NCBI GenBank assembly: GCA_050295975.1
Contig: JBNKQR010000001.1
Span: forward strand, 17,335-81,334
Length of the DNA: 64,000 nt
Direction: 5' to 3'
DNA from: Thiohalomonadaceae bacterium
Lineage (GTDB): Bacteria > Pseudomonadota > Gammaproteobacteria > Thiohalomonadales > Thiohalomonadaceae
The position numbers were made by a program, and so were the translations under genes. The notes under the pieces are model-generated. The model ran no database searches and was not told the DNA's origin. It saw only the letters and a list, made by a program, of their open reading frames with translations. Shown piece by piece: positions 44,340-53,366 of this stretch. The stretch's first letter is position 1, and each line of letters starts with the position of its first letter.

Positions 44340-45404
44340 ATGGCCCTGGTATCCATGCGTCAACTACTGGACCACGCTGCTGAAAATGGCTACGGTCTGC
44401 CCGCATTTAACGTCAACAACATGGAGCAGGTGCATGCCATCATGCAGGCTGCCGATGCCGTTGATAGCCCGGTGATCCTGCAAGGTTCCGCTGGTGCTCG
44501 CTCCTATGCTGGCGAGCCCTTCCTGCGCCACCTGATCCTGGCGGCAATTGAGATGTACCCGCACATCCCGGTCTGCATGCACCAGGACCACGGTGCCTCT
44601 CCTTCCATCTGTGCCCGTTCTATTCAGTCCGGTTTCTCTTCCGTGATGATGGATGGCTCGCTGATGGCAGACGGTAAGACCCCGTCCAGTTTTGAATACA
44701 ACGTTGATGTTACCAAGCAGGTGGTCGATATGGCCCATGCCTGTGGCGTTTCTGTTGAAGGTGAGCTGGGTTGCCTCGGTTCTCTGGAAACGGGTGAGAT
44801 GGGTGAAGAAGACGGACACGGTGCCGAAGGCAAGCTCGATATGGATCAGCTGCTGACCGATCCTGATGAAGCCGCTGACTTCGTCAAGAAGACCGGTGTT
44901 GATGCCCTGGCTATCGCCATCGGTACCTCACACGGTGCCTACAAGTTCACTCAGGAGCCGACCGGCAAGATCCTGCGTATCGACCGCGTGAAAGAGATCC
45001 ACGAGCGCATCCCCAGTGTTCACCTGGTTATGCACGGTTCCTCTTCTGTGCCTCAGGACTGGCTCAAGATCATCAACGACTTCGGTGGTGACATGGGTCA
45101 GACCTACGGTGTTCCGGTTGATGAGATCGTTGAAGGCATCAAGTCTGGTGTACGTAAGGTTAACATCGACACCGACCTGCGTATGGCCTCCACCGGTTCC
45201 GTGCGTAAGCACCTGGCGGAGAACAAATCCAACTTCGACCCACGCAAATTCCTCAAGGAAGCGACCAAGGCGATGGCGGGTATCTGTCAGGCCCGTTACG
45301 AAGCCTTCGGTTCCGCTGGTCAGGCCTCCAAGATCAAGCCTGTCTCTCTGGAAGTGATGTTTGCTGACTACGAAGCTGGCAAGCTCGACCCCAAGGTTAA
45401 GTAA
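44340..45404 (+). CDS. fba: class II fructose/sedoheptulose-bisphosphate aldolase (Calvin-cycle type)
   Basis: 354 aa. [16 protein letters not shown] and LVMHGSSS motifs. Confidence 0.95.
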   Translation: MALVSMRQLLDHAAENGYGLPAFNVNNMEQVHAIMQAADAVDSPVILQGSAGARSYAGEPFLRHLILAAIEMYPHIPVCMHQDHGASPSICARSIQSGFSSVMMDGSLMADGKTPSSFEYNVDVTKQVVDMAHACGVSVEGELGCLGSLETGEMGEEDGHGAEGKLDMDQLLTDPDEAADFVKKTGVDALAIAIGTSHGAYKFTQEPTGKILRIDRVKEIHERIPSVHLVMHGSSSVPQDWLKIINDFGGDMGQTYGVPVDEIVEGIKSGVRKVNIDTDLRMASTGSVRKHLAENKSNFDPRKFLKEATKAMAGICQARYEAFGSAGQASKIKPVSLEVMFADYEAGKLDPKVK

Positions 45405-45422
45405 GCCGATCTTGTGGTACAC

Positions 45423-45451
45423 AAAAAAGCGGCCTTCGGGCCGCTTTTTTA
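45423..45451. terminator. bidirectional rho-independent terminator
   Basis: AAAAAA-GCGGCC-TTCG-GGCCGC-TTTTTT between the convergent fba and cbbR. Confidence 0.85.
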
Positions 45452-45452
45452 T

Positions 45453-46382
45453 TTAACTCGGTTTCTTTAACTTCGGCGGTTCCTTTCCCAACGTGACTGC
45501 CGCCTCTTGAACCATAAATTCCTTGAACGCCTCGGCAATGGCTGAGAGCCGTTTGCCCCTGCGGTGTACCAGATACCAGTAGCGGATAAAGGGAAACTCC
45601 TTGATATCGAGGAGCGACAGTTTGCCCAATCCCAGCTCCATCTGTACCGCATCCTCAGACATCACTCCAAGCCCTAGTCCAGCCTGCACGCTCTGTTTGA
45701 TCGCCTCATCGCTGCTTACCTCCATGCTGGTGGTGAGGGTGACATTGTGTCGGTCGAAGAAGCGCTGCATCGCGATGCGGGTGCCAGAGCCGGTTTCACG
45801 CATAAGGAAGGTCTCCTGCTCCAGCTCCTTGATCGGGATCGCCTTACGTTTGGTCAGCGGATGATCCGCTGGCGCAATAGTCACTAGCGGATTGTCCATG
45901 AAGACATCGGCTTCCAGGTCCATCTCTGCCGGAGGCTTCCCCATGATTACCATGTCCACCTCATTGTCGATCAACTGGCGAAGCAGGGTCTGCCGATTGG
46001 TGACATTAAGAATGACATTGACCCCAGGGAAGCGCTGGCAGAAGGCGGCCAGCAGGCGCGGGGCGAAGTAGTTGGCGGTGGTTGCCACTGAGATGCGCAG
46101 TTTACCCGCCTCCAGCCCCTTCATGTTGGCCAGCACTGTCTCCAGCTCATCCAGTTGATCAGCGATAAGGCGACTGTACTGGTAGACCTCTTCACCCGCC
46201 TCAGTGAGATAGATCTTCTTTCCCAACTGTTCAAACAGCGGAATATCGAGCTGCCCCTCCAACTGTTTTACCTGCATGGAGACGGCTGGCTGGGTCAGGT
46301 GTAGCTCCTCCGCTGCGCGGGTGAAGCTGAGATGGCGGGCCACCGAGGCAAAAACCTTGAGCTGGCGTAGTGTAATATTCAT
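45453..46382 (-). CDS. cbbR: LysR-family transcriptional regulator, CbbR-like
   Basis: Trimmed to ATG 46382 (MNITLRQLKVFASVARHLSFTRAAEELHLTQPAVS, a wHTH). Divergent from the RuBisCO locus. Confidence 0.88.
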   Translation of the reverse strand: MNITLRQLKVFASVARHLSFTRAAEELHLTQPAVSMQVKQLEGQLDIPLFEQLGKKIYLTEAGEEVYQYSRLIADQLDELETVLANMKGLEAGKLRISVATTANYFAPRLLAAFCQRFPGVNVILNVTNRQTLLRQLIDNEVDMVIMGKPPAEMDLEADVFMDNPLVTIAPADHPLTKRKAIPIKELEQETFLMRETGSGTRIAMQRFFDRHNVTLTTSMEVSSDEAIKQSVQAGLGLGVMSEDAVQMELGLGKLSLLDIKEFPFIRYWYLVHRRGKRLSAIAEAFKEFMVQEAAVTLGKEPPKLKKPS

Positions 46383-46390
46383 AAAGAAAG

Positions 46391-46418
46391 ACTTATGTGT
46401 TTTTGCATGATAATAAGT
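46391..46418. promoter_or_regulatory. inverted repeat ACTTAT-N16-ATAAGT in the cbbR divergent promoter region
   Basis: Lies 9 nt from the cbbR ATG. It shares the CTTAT(G) half-site with sites upstream of cbbM and cbbQ. Confidence 0.4.
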
Positions 46419-46512
46419 ATTAAACCATATGGGTGGCAAATGGGAAGGGGCTCTGTCCGTTTGGCGATTCAGCGGCCATAATAGGCGCCTTTCACCCTTA
46501 GCCGGACAGCGC

Positions 46513-47100
46513 ATGGATACCAAAGCCTTTCTCGCCAAACTACGTCAGGACATCGTTTTCAGCGATACCCTCTGTGGTCAGCAATTCACCTTTCACACCA
46601 CCTGGGGGGTCTTCTCACCGCGGGAGATCGACGCGGGTTCTCGGATGCTGCTCGATTTTATGGAGATCGGCGAGGCCGATGACTGCCTGGATCTGGGCTG
46701 TGGCTACGGCCCCATCGGCATGACCATGGCGCGGCGGGCACCCAAGGGGCAGACTCTGTTGGTGGATAAGGACTTTGTCGCCATCGACTACGCCAATAAG
46801 AATATCGCGATCAACGGCATCAGCAACGCCGAGGCGATCCTCAGTAATGGCCTGGATGGGGTAGGAGAGCGCCAGTTCGACGTAATCGCCTCCAATATTC
46901 CGGCCAAGGTGGGCAACGAGATGCTCTATCTCTTTCTCTATGACGCCCTGGCCCACCTCAAGCCGGGGGGCAGACTCTACGTGGTCACCATCACCGGGCT
47001 GCGCCAGTTCATCAAGCGCAGCTTCAACGAGGTCTTCGGTAACTACGATAAGTTAAAGCAGGGTAAGACCTATACCGTGGGGATGGCGCAGAAACCATAA
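46513..47100 (+). CDS. class I SAM-dependent methyltransferase (small MTS / RsmC-like domain)
   Basis: Trimmed to ATG 46513. Motif I is LDLGCGYGPIG. Motif IV reads SNIPAKVG instead of NPP(F/Y/I). Confidence 0.8.
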   Translation: MDTKAFLAKLRQDIVFSDTLCGQQFTFHTTWGVFSPREIDAGSRMLLDFMEIGEADDCLDLGCGYGPIGMTMARRAPKGQTLLVDKDFVAIDYANKNIAINGISNAEAILSNGLDGVGERQFDVIASNIPAKVGNEMLYLFLYDALAHLKPGGRLYVVTITGLRQFIKRSFNEVFGNYDKLKQGKTYTVGMAQKP

Positions 47101-47258
47101 CATTTACCTTATGGTTCCCATCATTCTATTTTAATTTCCTTATGTGAATAGTGCAGCTATAGTTTGCCTCCACTGGGGTTGTGGTTATTTACAGACCCCT
47201 CGCCGCAACGAAGATGGCGGCACGATTTCAAATAACTTGTACAACGAGGATAAATACA

Positions 47259-48671
47259 ATGGATCAGTCTGGACGTTACGCCGACCTCTCATTGAAAGAA
47301 GAGGATCTGATTGCTGGTGGTAAGCACCTGTTGGTGGCTTACAAGCTGATACCCGCCAAGGGCCACGGGTTCCTGGAAGTAGCTGCCCACGTGGCTGCCG
47401 AGTCTTCCACCGGTACCAACGTTGAAGTCTCTACCACTGACGATTTCACCCGTGGTGTTGATGCGCTCGTGTACGAAATCGACGAAGCCGCCTTTGGTGA
47501 CCACCCCGTCAAAGGTGGTGGTCTGATGAAGATTGCCTACCCCGTAGACCTGTTCGACCCGAACCTGACCGACGGCACCTTCAACATTTCCCACATGTGG
47601 TCGCTGATTCTGGGTAACAACCAGGGCATGGGTGACCACGAAGGCCTGCGTATGCTGGACTTCCTGGTGCCTGAGTGCATGATGAAACACTTCGATGGTC
47701 CCTCTGCCAACATCACCAACATGTGGAAGGTAATGGGCCGTCCCGAAGTGGATGGCGGTTACATCGCCGGTACTATCATCAAGCCCAAGTTAGGCCTGCG
47801 TCCTGAGCCTTTTGCCAAGGCCTGTTACGACTTCTGGTTGGGCGGTACTTTCATCAAGAACGACGAGCCTCAGGCAAACCAGCCTTTCTGTAAAATGGAA
47901 GAAGTTATGCCCAAGGTTGCCGAAGCAATGGATCGTGCGCAGCAAGCGACTGGCGAAGCCAAGATCTTCTCTGCCAACATCACTGCTGACTTCCACGGCG
48001 AAATGATCCATCGTGGTGAGTTCGTTCTGGAAACCTTTGCCAAGTACAACTCTGCCGATCACGTTGCCTTCCTGGTTGACGGCTTCGTAACCGGTCCTGC
48101 TGGCGTTACCACCTGCCGCCGCGCATTCCCGGATACCTTCCTCCACTTCCACCGCGCAGGTCACGGTGCAGTAACCTCTTACAAGTCACCGATGGGTATG
48201 GACCCACTGTGCTACATGAAGATGGTGCGCTTGATGGGTGCATCGGGTATGCATACCGGCACCATGGGCTACGGCAAGATGGAAGGTCACGGTGGTGAAA
48301 CGGTTCTGGCTTACATGCTGGAGCGCGATGAGTGCCAGGGACCTTACTTCTACCAGAAGTGGTACGGCATGAAAGCCACTACCCCAATCATCTCTGGTGG
48401 TATGAACGCCCTGCGTCTGCCTGGCTTCTTCGAGAACCTGGGACACGCTAACCTGATTAACACCTGTGGTGGCGGTTCCTTCGGTCACATCGACAGCCCG
48501 GCTGCCGGTGGTACATCTCTGAATCAGGCCTACGAGTGCTGGAAGTCCGGTGCCGACCCGATCGAGTATGCTAAGGAGCACAAAGAGTTTGCCCGTGCGT
48601 TTGAGTCTTTCCCGCAAGACGCCGACAAGCTGTTCCCAGGCTGGCGCGAGAAGCTGGGTGTTCATAAGTAA
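47259..48671 (+). CDS. cbbM: ribulose-1,5-bisphosphate carboxylase/oxygenase, form II
   Basis: Trimmed to ATG 47259 after a GAGGA SD. Nearly collinear with Rhodospirillum rubrum CbbM as recalled (MDQS.RY...[12 protein letters not shown]...FIKNDEPQ...GGMNALR). Confidence 0.96.
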   Translation: MDQSGRYADLSLKEEDLIAGGKHLLVAYKLIPAKGHGFLEVAAHVAAESSTGTNVEVSTTDDFTRGVDALVYEIDEAAFGDHPVKGGGLMKIAYPVDLFDPNLTDGTFNISHMWSLILGNNQGMGDHEGLRMLDFLVPECMMKHFDGPSANITNMWKVMGRPEVDGGYIAGTIIKPKLGLRPEPFAKACYDFWLGGTFIKNDEPQANQPFCKMEEVMPKVAEAMDRAQQATGEAKIFSANITADFHGEMIHRGEFVLETFAKYNSADHVAFLVDGFVTGPAGVTTCRRAFPDTFLHFHRAGHGAVTSYKSPMGMDPLCYMKMVRLMGASGMHTGTMGYGKMEGHGGETVLAYMLERDECQGPYFYQKWYGMKATTPIISGGMNALRLPGFFENLGHANLINTCGGGSFGHIDSPAAGGTSLNQAYECWKSGADPIEYAKEHKEFARAFESFPQDADKLFPGWREKLGVHK

Positions 48672-48700
48672 GATCACTCAGGCCGCAAGGCATGATGAAG

Positions 48701-48729
48701 AAGCCCCGCTTATGCGGGGCTTTTTTTTG
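48701..48729 (+). terminator. rho-independent terminator after cbbM
   Basis: GCCCCGC-TTAT-GCGGGGC followed by T8. Confidence 0.85.
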
Positions 48730-48748
48730 TCGAACCTACCTGGTCGAC

Positions 48749-48768
48749 ACATAAGTGATTACTTATGT
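48749..48768. promoter_or_regulatory. perfect palindrome ACATAAGT-GATT-ACTTATGT upstream of cbbQ
   Basis: 8-nt arms located 86 nt upstream of the cbbQ ATG. Same CTTATG half-site as at 46392, 47108 and 47139. Confidence 0.45.
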
Positions 48769-48853
48769 ATCTGATTAGAATTTATGAATTTCATTATGGT
48801 AAAGCCAGACTATACTGGTTCGAAATCGGTAACAGATATCCCCGGAGCAAATC

Positions 48854-49663
48854 ATGAGCAGTGTCGACAAGGATCAATACATCGTCAGTAACGAGCCGTT
48901 CTATCAGGCTCAGGACAACGAGGTGGAGCTGTACGAGGCCGCCTACGCCTCGCGCCTGCCAGTGATGGTGAAGGGGCCGACTGGTTGTGGTAAATCCCGC
49001 TTCATCGAATACATGGCGTGGAAGCTGGGCAAGCCACTGATCACTGTGGCCTGCAATGAGGACATGACCGCTTCTGATCTGGTGGGTCGCTATCTGCTCG
49101 ATGCGGACGGCACCCGCTGGCTCGACGGCCCGCTGACCACCGCTGCGCGCATCGGCGCCATCTGCTACCTCGACGAGGTGGTCGAGGCACGCCAGGACAC
49201 CACCGTGGTGATCCACCCACTGACCGATCACCGCCGCAACCTGCCGCTGGATAAAAAGGGTGAACTGGTAACGGCCCATCCCGACTTTCAGTTGGTGATC
49301 TCCTACAATCCTGGCTACCAGTCGTTGATGAAGGATCTCAAGCAGTCGACCAAGCAGCGCTTCGTCGCCATGGACTTCGACTACGCCTCTGCAGAAACCG
49401 AAGCGACTATTGTTGCCAAGGAGACCGGTGTCGACAACGACCTTGCACAGAAGCTGGTCAAACTGAGCGAGACCGCACGCAACCTCAAGGGTCACGGCCT
49501 GGACGAAGGGGTCTCTACCCGTCTGCTGGTCTACGCAGCAAGTCTGATTAAACAAGGCATCGCACCGCGTGATGCCTGCCGTATGGCGCTGGTGCGACCG
49601 ATCACTGACGACCGCGATATTCGCGATACTCTCGATCACGCCATCGACGCCGTATTCGCCTGA
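48854..49663 (+). CDS. cbbQ: CbbQ/NirQ/NorQ-family AAA+ ATPase (RuBisCO activase motor)
   Basis: Walker A GPTGCGKS, 269 aa, directly upstream of cbbO. Confidence 0.93.
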   Translation: MSSVDKDQYIVSNEPFYQAQDNEVELYEAAYASRLPVMVKGPTGCGKSRFIEYMAWKLGKPLITVACNEDMTASDLVGRYLLDADGTRWLDGPLTTAARIGAICYLDEVVEARQDTTVVIHPLTDHRRNLPLDKKGELVTAHPDFQLVISYNPGYQSLMKDLKQSTKQRFVAMDFDYASAETEATIVAKETGVDNDLAQKLVKLSETARNLKGHGLDEGVSTRLLVYAASLIKQGIAPRDACRMALVRPITDDRDIRDTLDHAIDAVFA

Positions 49664-49677
49664 CAGGCAAGGCAGCC

Positions 49678-51939
49678 ATGCCACTGAGCGACGAACAGGT
49701 TCAATACTTCCGCGAGCAGCTCTCCTGCGGCTTCAGGGATCTCGACGAGTTTTTCCCCCACTGCCTGGAAGAGGCGATGAAAGTGCTGTCGCCACAGGGG
49801 TTGAAGGATTATCTCGACGGTGCCGGGTTGGTCTGCAAGATCGGTCGCGGTTTCGAACCGGTGCTGGTCTATCTGGAAGAGATGCCGGAGGTGGCGCAAC
49901 GCCTGGGTGAATCGACCCTTGGCCTGGTTTCGCAAACGGTATGGAATATTTCGCGTACCCCTAACGGCAAGGCGATCCCGCCGTTCCTGCAATCGATCGG
50001 TGAGGTGTCGCGCCGACTCGGTAGCGAAGAGTTGTTGAGCGGTTACATCGAACTGGTGCTCGACTTCATGCAGCGTACCACCGGATCGATCCACGGTTTC
50101 CATCAGACCATTCCCAGCCCCGGTCTGCCGGAGTTTCTCAATCAGGCGCCGCTGTTATTGAAGAGCCTCTCCTGTGCCGGGCTGCGTAACTGGATCGAAT
50201 ACGGTATTCGCAATTACGGCCATCATCCTGAGCAGCAGAAGGAGTATTTCAGTCTGCAGTCCGCCGACAGCCGTGCCGTATTGCAGCGCGAACGTCATGG
50301 CACTCTGTTCATGGATAATGAACGGAAGCTGGATTTGTATTTGCAGGCACTGTGGAAAGATAGCCCACGGCTCATACCTTATTCCGAGGCCTTTGATGAG
50401 CCGCGTAAACCGCAGCCCTATTACGACGATATCGGTATCCGCCTGCCGGATGTTTTCGATGACAAGGCTGGTGTCGCAGGTATTGATCGTTATCGCGCGA
50501 CCTTGGCGCACATGGCGGCGCACAAACGCTGGTCGACGCAAATGATCGCCGACAACTACAGTCCTTTTCAGAACGCTGCCATCGAATTGTTGGAAGACTG
50601 CCGGGTGGAGTATCTCGCCATGCAGCGTTACCCCGGTTTGCGTCGTCTGTTTAACAGCCTGCATCCACATCCCAAAGAAGATGCCTGTGATCCGCAGAAA
50701 GAATCCTGTATCCGCCACCGTCTGGCCATGCTCTCCTATGCCATTCTGAATCCCGATAGCCACGGCTATAAAAATGAGCACGTCGTGGAATTTAGCCGCC
50801 GTTTCCATGAGGCAATGGCCCAGGGAGAATCCTCGTTCAAGGAAATGGCGGATATGGCAGTCCTCTTTATCATCCGCAGCCGCGGCCCGGCAGACCAGTC
50901 GGCCAATCTCTTTTTCACCGATACCGAGGTGGACTACCGTGATGACAATCGTCACCTGTGGATATTCATTGATGAAGACGACGAGGGCGAACTTTTTGAC
51001 TACGAAAAGGAAGCGCCGCCGGCAGAAGAGGAAGCCGATGAAGTATTGCCGCCGCGGCTCTATCACGAGTGGGATTACCGATCGATGACCTATCGTCCCG
51101 ACTGGGTCAGCCTTTACGAACATCTACATCCGAGTGGCGATGCGGGAAAGATTGATCGCCTGCTGGCGAAACATGAACAGTTGGCGAAACAGTTGAAGCG
51201 TATTCTCGATCTGCTCAAGCCGCAGCAGATGGTGCGGGTTCGTTATCAGGAGGAGGGCAGTGAACTCGATCTCGATGTGGCGATACGTTCGTTGATCGAT
51301 TATCGCGCCGGAGCGCAACCGGACCCGCGCATCAACATGAGCCATCGCCACGATGGGCGAGATATTGCTGTGCTGCTGTTGCTCGATCTCTCCGCATCAC
51401 TTAACGACGTCCCTGAAGGTTGCACCCAGACCATTCTTGAACTGTCACAGGAGGCGGTGTCGTTGTTGGGTCTGGCCATCGGTGGATTGGGCGACGAATT
51501 CGCCATCGCCGGTTTCTCCTCTAATACCCGACACGAGGTTTTCTACCAGCACATTAAGGGTTTCGGTGAAGAGTGGGACGACAGGGTGAAGGGGCGTCTG
51601 GCAGCGATGGAGGCGGGCTACTCCACCCGCATGGGTGCGGCACTACGTCATGCCGGACACTATCTAAGTAAGCGCAAGGCGGAGAAAAAATTGCTGCTGG
51701 TGCTCACCGATGGTGAACCGTCAGATATCGATGTCAGTGATCCAAAGTTGTTGCTGGAAGACAGTCACAAAGCGGTACAGGAACTGGATCAGGATGGCAT
51801 CTACACCTACTGCATCAATCTCGACTCACGCGCCGATGAGTACGTGGCCGACATCTTTGGCAAACAGTACACGGTCATTGATCGAATCGAGCGTTTACCG
51901 GAGCAACTGCCGAAGCTGTTCCTGTCGCTGACTAAATAG
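49678..51939 (+). CDS. cbbO: CbbO/NorD-like von Willebrand factor A protein (RuBisCO activase adaptor)
   Basis: 753 aa with a C-terminal VWA domain (VLLLLDLSASL ... LLLVLTDGEPSD). Confidence 0.9.
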   Translation: MPLSDEQVQYFREQLSCGFRDLDEFFPHCLEEAMKVLSPQGLKDYLDGAGLVCKIGRGFEPVLVYLEEMPEVAQRLGESTLGLVSQTVWNISRTPNGKAIPPFLQSIGEVSRRLGSEELLSGYIELVLDFMQRTTGSIHGFHQTIPSPGLPEFLNQAPLLLKSLSCAGLRNWIEYGIRNYGHHPEQQKEYFSLQSADSRAVLQRERHGTLFMDNERKLDLYLQALWKDSPRLIPYSEAFDEPRKPQPYYDDIGIRLPDVFDDKAGVAGIDRYRATLAHMAAHKRWSTQMIADNYSPFQNAAIELLEDCRVEYLAMQRYPGLRRLFNSLHPHPKEDACDPQKESCIRHRLAMLSYAILNPDSHGYKNEHVVEFSRRFHEAMAQGESSFKEMADMAVLFIIRSRGPADQSANLFFTDTEVDYRDDNRHLWIFIDEDDEGELFDYEKEAPPAEEEADEVLPPRLYHEWDYRSMTYRPDWVSLYEHLHPSGDAGKIDRLLAKHEQLAKQLKRILDLLKPQQMVRVRYQEEGSELDLDVAIRSLIDYRAGAQPDPRINMSHRHDGRDIAVLLLLDLSASLNDVPEGCTQTILELSQEAVSLLGLAIGGLGDEFAIAGFSSNTRHEVFYQHIKGFGEEWDDRVKGRLAAMEAGYSTRMGAALRHAGHYLSKRKAEKKLLLVLTDGEPSDIDVSDPKLLLEDSHKAVQELDQDGIYTYCINLDSRADEYVADIFGKQYTVIDRIERLPEQLPKLFLSLTK

Positions 51940-51946
51940 GTCAGGG

Positions 51947-52624
51947 CTACTCTTCGTTTTTTGGCGGGGGAGAGGGGGAGAGCAGCGCTGCCTTCTCGTC
52001 GACGCTGACCTCGGTCTCCTGAGGTAGTTGTGGATGGGCGACCTGATTACGGCCACCCTGTTTTGCCTGATAGAGATAACCATCGGTGAGATGAATGAGT
52101 TCATCTGCACTCACCTCCATCCCGGCTCGATAATATTCCACACCAAAACTTGCCGTTATTTGAATGGTCGTGCCGTCGACCTCAAGGTTTCGCTCTTCAA
52201 TATTGCGGCGCAATCGTTCGGCTACCTGTACGGCCTGTGGCAGAGGGGTGCTCGGCAGAATGATGGTGAACTCCTCACCGCCAAAACGGCAGGGAATGTC
52301 CACTTTACGCAGGGTATTGCGCATCACCTCAGAGACCAGGGTGAGTGCCTGGTTGCCGACCTCGTGTCCCCAGGTGTCGTTCACCTGTTTAAAATGGTCC
52401 AGGTCGAGCATAATCAGCGATGTCGGTGCGCGACTGCGGCGGGTGCGCTCCATCTCCCACTCCAGTGCATCGAGCAGGTGCCGGTAGTTGAACAGCCCGG
52501 TGAGCATGTCGGTGCGCAGGGCCTGTTTCAGCTCATCGTTTTCCCGGCGAAGTGCCTCCAACTCATCCAGAATGGAACAGTTGACCGTTTCTGCAGGGCA
52601 TTTTTTGTCGTGGGGTGAAGACAT
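51947..52624 (-). CDS. GGDEF-domain diguanylate cyclase
   Basis: GGEEF active site and DLDHFKQVND motif. Short Cys-containing coiled-coil N-terminus. Confidence 0.88.
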   Translation of the reverse strand: MSSPHDKKCPAETVNCSILDELEALRRENDELKQALRTDMLTGLFNYRHLLDALEWEMERTRRSRAPTSLIMLDLDHFKQVNDTWGHEVGNQALTLVSEVMRNTLRKVDIPCRFGGEEFTIILPSTPLPQAVQVAERLRRNIEERNLEVDGTTIQITASFGVEYYRAGMEVSADELIHLTDGYLYQAKQGGRNQVAHPQLPQETEVSVDEKAALLSPSPPPKNEE

Positions 52625-52757
52625 GCTGCGCTCTAATTGCTCGATCCTTACAGAGTATCAAAATTCAGGCGCAAAGGGATGCCCAAGCGGTTTGCTGTGT
52701 CAGGAAGAAAAAGTCTAGAATGACCAGACAACGAGAATCCAACAGGGAGGGGCAGGG

Positions 52758-53366
52758 ATGCAGGATAAAGCGGGGATCAGCTTCAGTGAAACCATGGCTG
52801 GTGGTGTCACTCTCGACGAGACGGACTATAAAACCGGGGAAGAGGTTGCCCGTGACCTGGGCGCACATACTCTGGTAATGAATGCCCGAGTAACCATCGA
52901 CGATCTGGATCGCTTTATCAGTGATCCCAATCATACCGGTCTGCTCGATGGCACCATTGACTACCCCCCATTTGGCAAAGGCATTCCCGGATATAACGGC
53001 GTATTTAATCTCTTCGCCCCTGCCGATCGGCCGGACACCAAGCTGATGATCTACGAAATGGTTTTCGAACACGAAGACCAGCCCTACTACCTCGCCGGAC
53101 ACAAAGAGGTACGAGACGATCCCGGCTTCGATCTCTGGAGCGATACCACCACCCTCTATACCCATATTCATCGCGGCAAGGACAAGAGCGGCGAGATTGC
53201 TGGTGCCGGGATCCTGACCCTGGGCATCGGTGACCTGATACGTCTGCTCTCGACCCTGGATGTATTGCACACCACAGACAAAGTGAAGCGTCTGGGCACC
53301 TTGGCCCGTTTTGGTAGCTTCTTCATGGGTGAACTGTGGGACAGCTACGCGGCGTTAGCGAAATGA
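52758..53366 (+). CDS. hypothetical protein translationally coupled to the GMC oxidoreductase
   Basis: 202 aa with no signal peptide. Its stop overlaps the next gene's ATG (ATGA). I can name no family with confidence. Confidence 0.6.
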   Translation: MQDKAGISFSETMAGGVTLDETDYKTGEEVARDLGAHTLVMNARVTIDDLDRFISDPNHTGLLDGTIDYPPFGKGIPGYNGVFNLFAPADRPDTKLMIYEMVFEHEDQPYYLAGHKEVRDDPGFDLWSDTTTLYTHIHRGKDKSGEIAGAGILTLGIGDLIRLLSTLDVLHTTDKVKRLGTLARFGSFFMGELWDSYAALAK

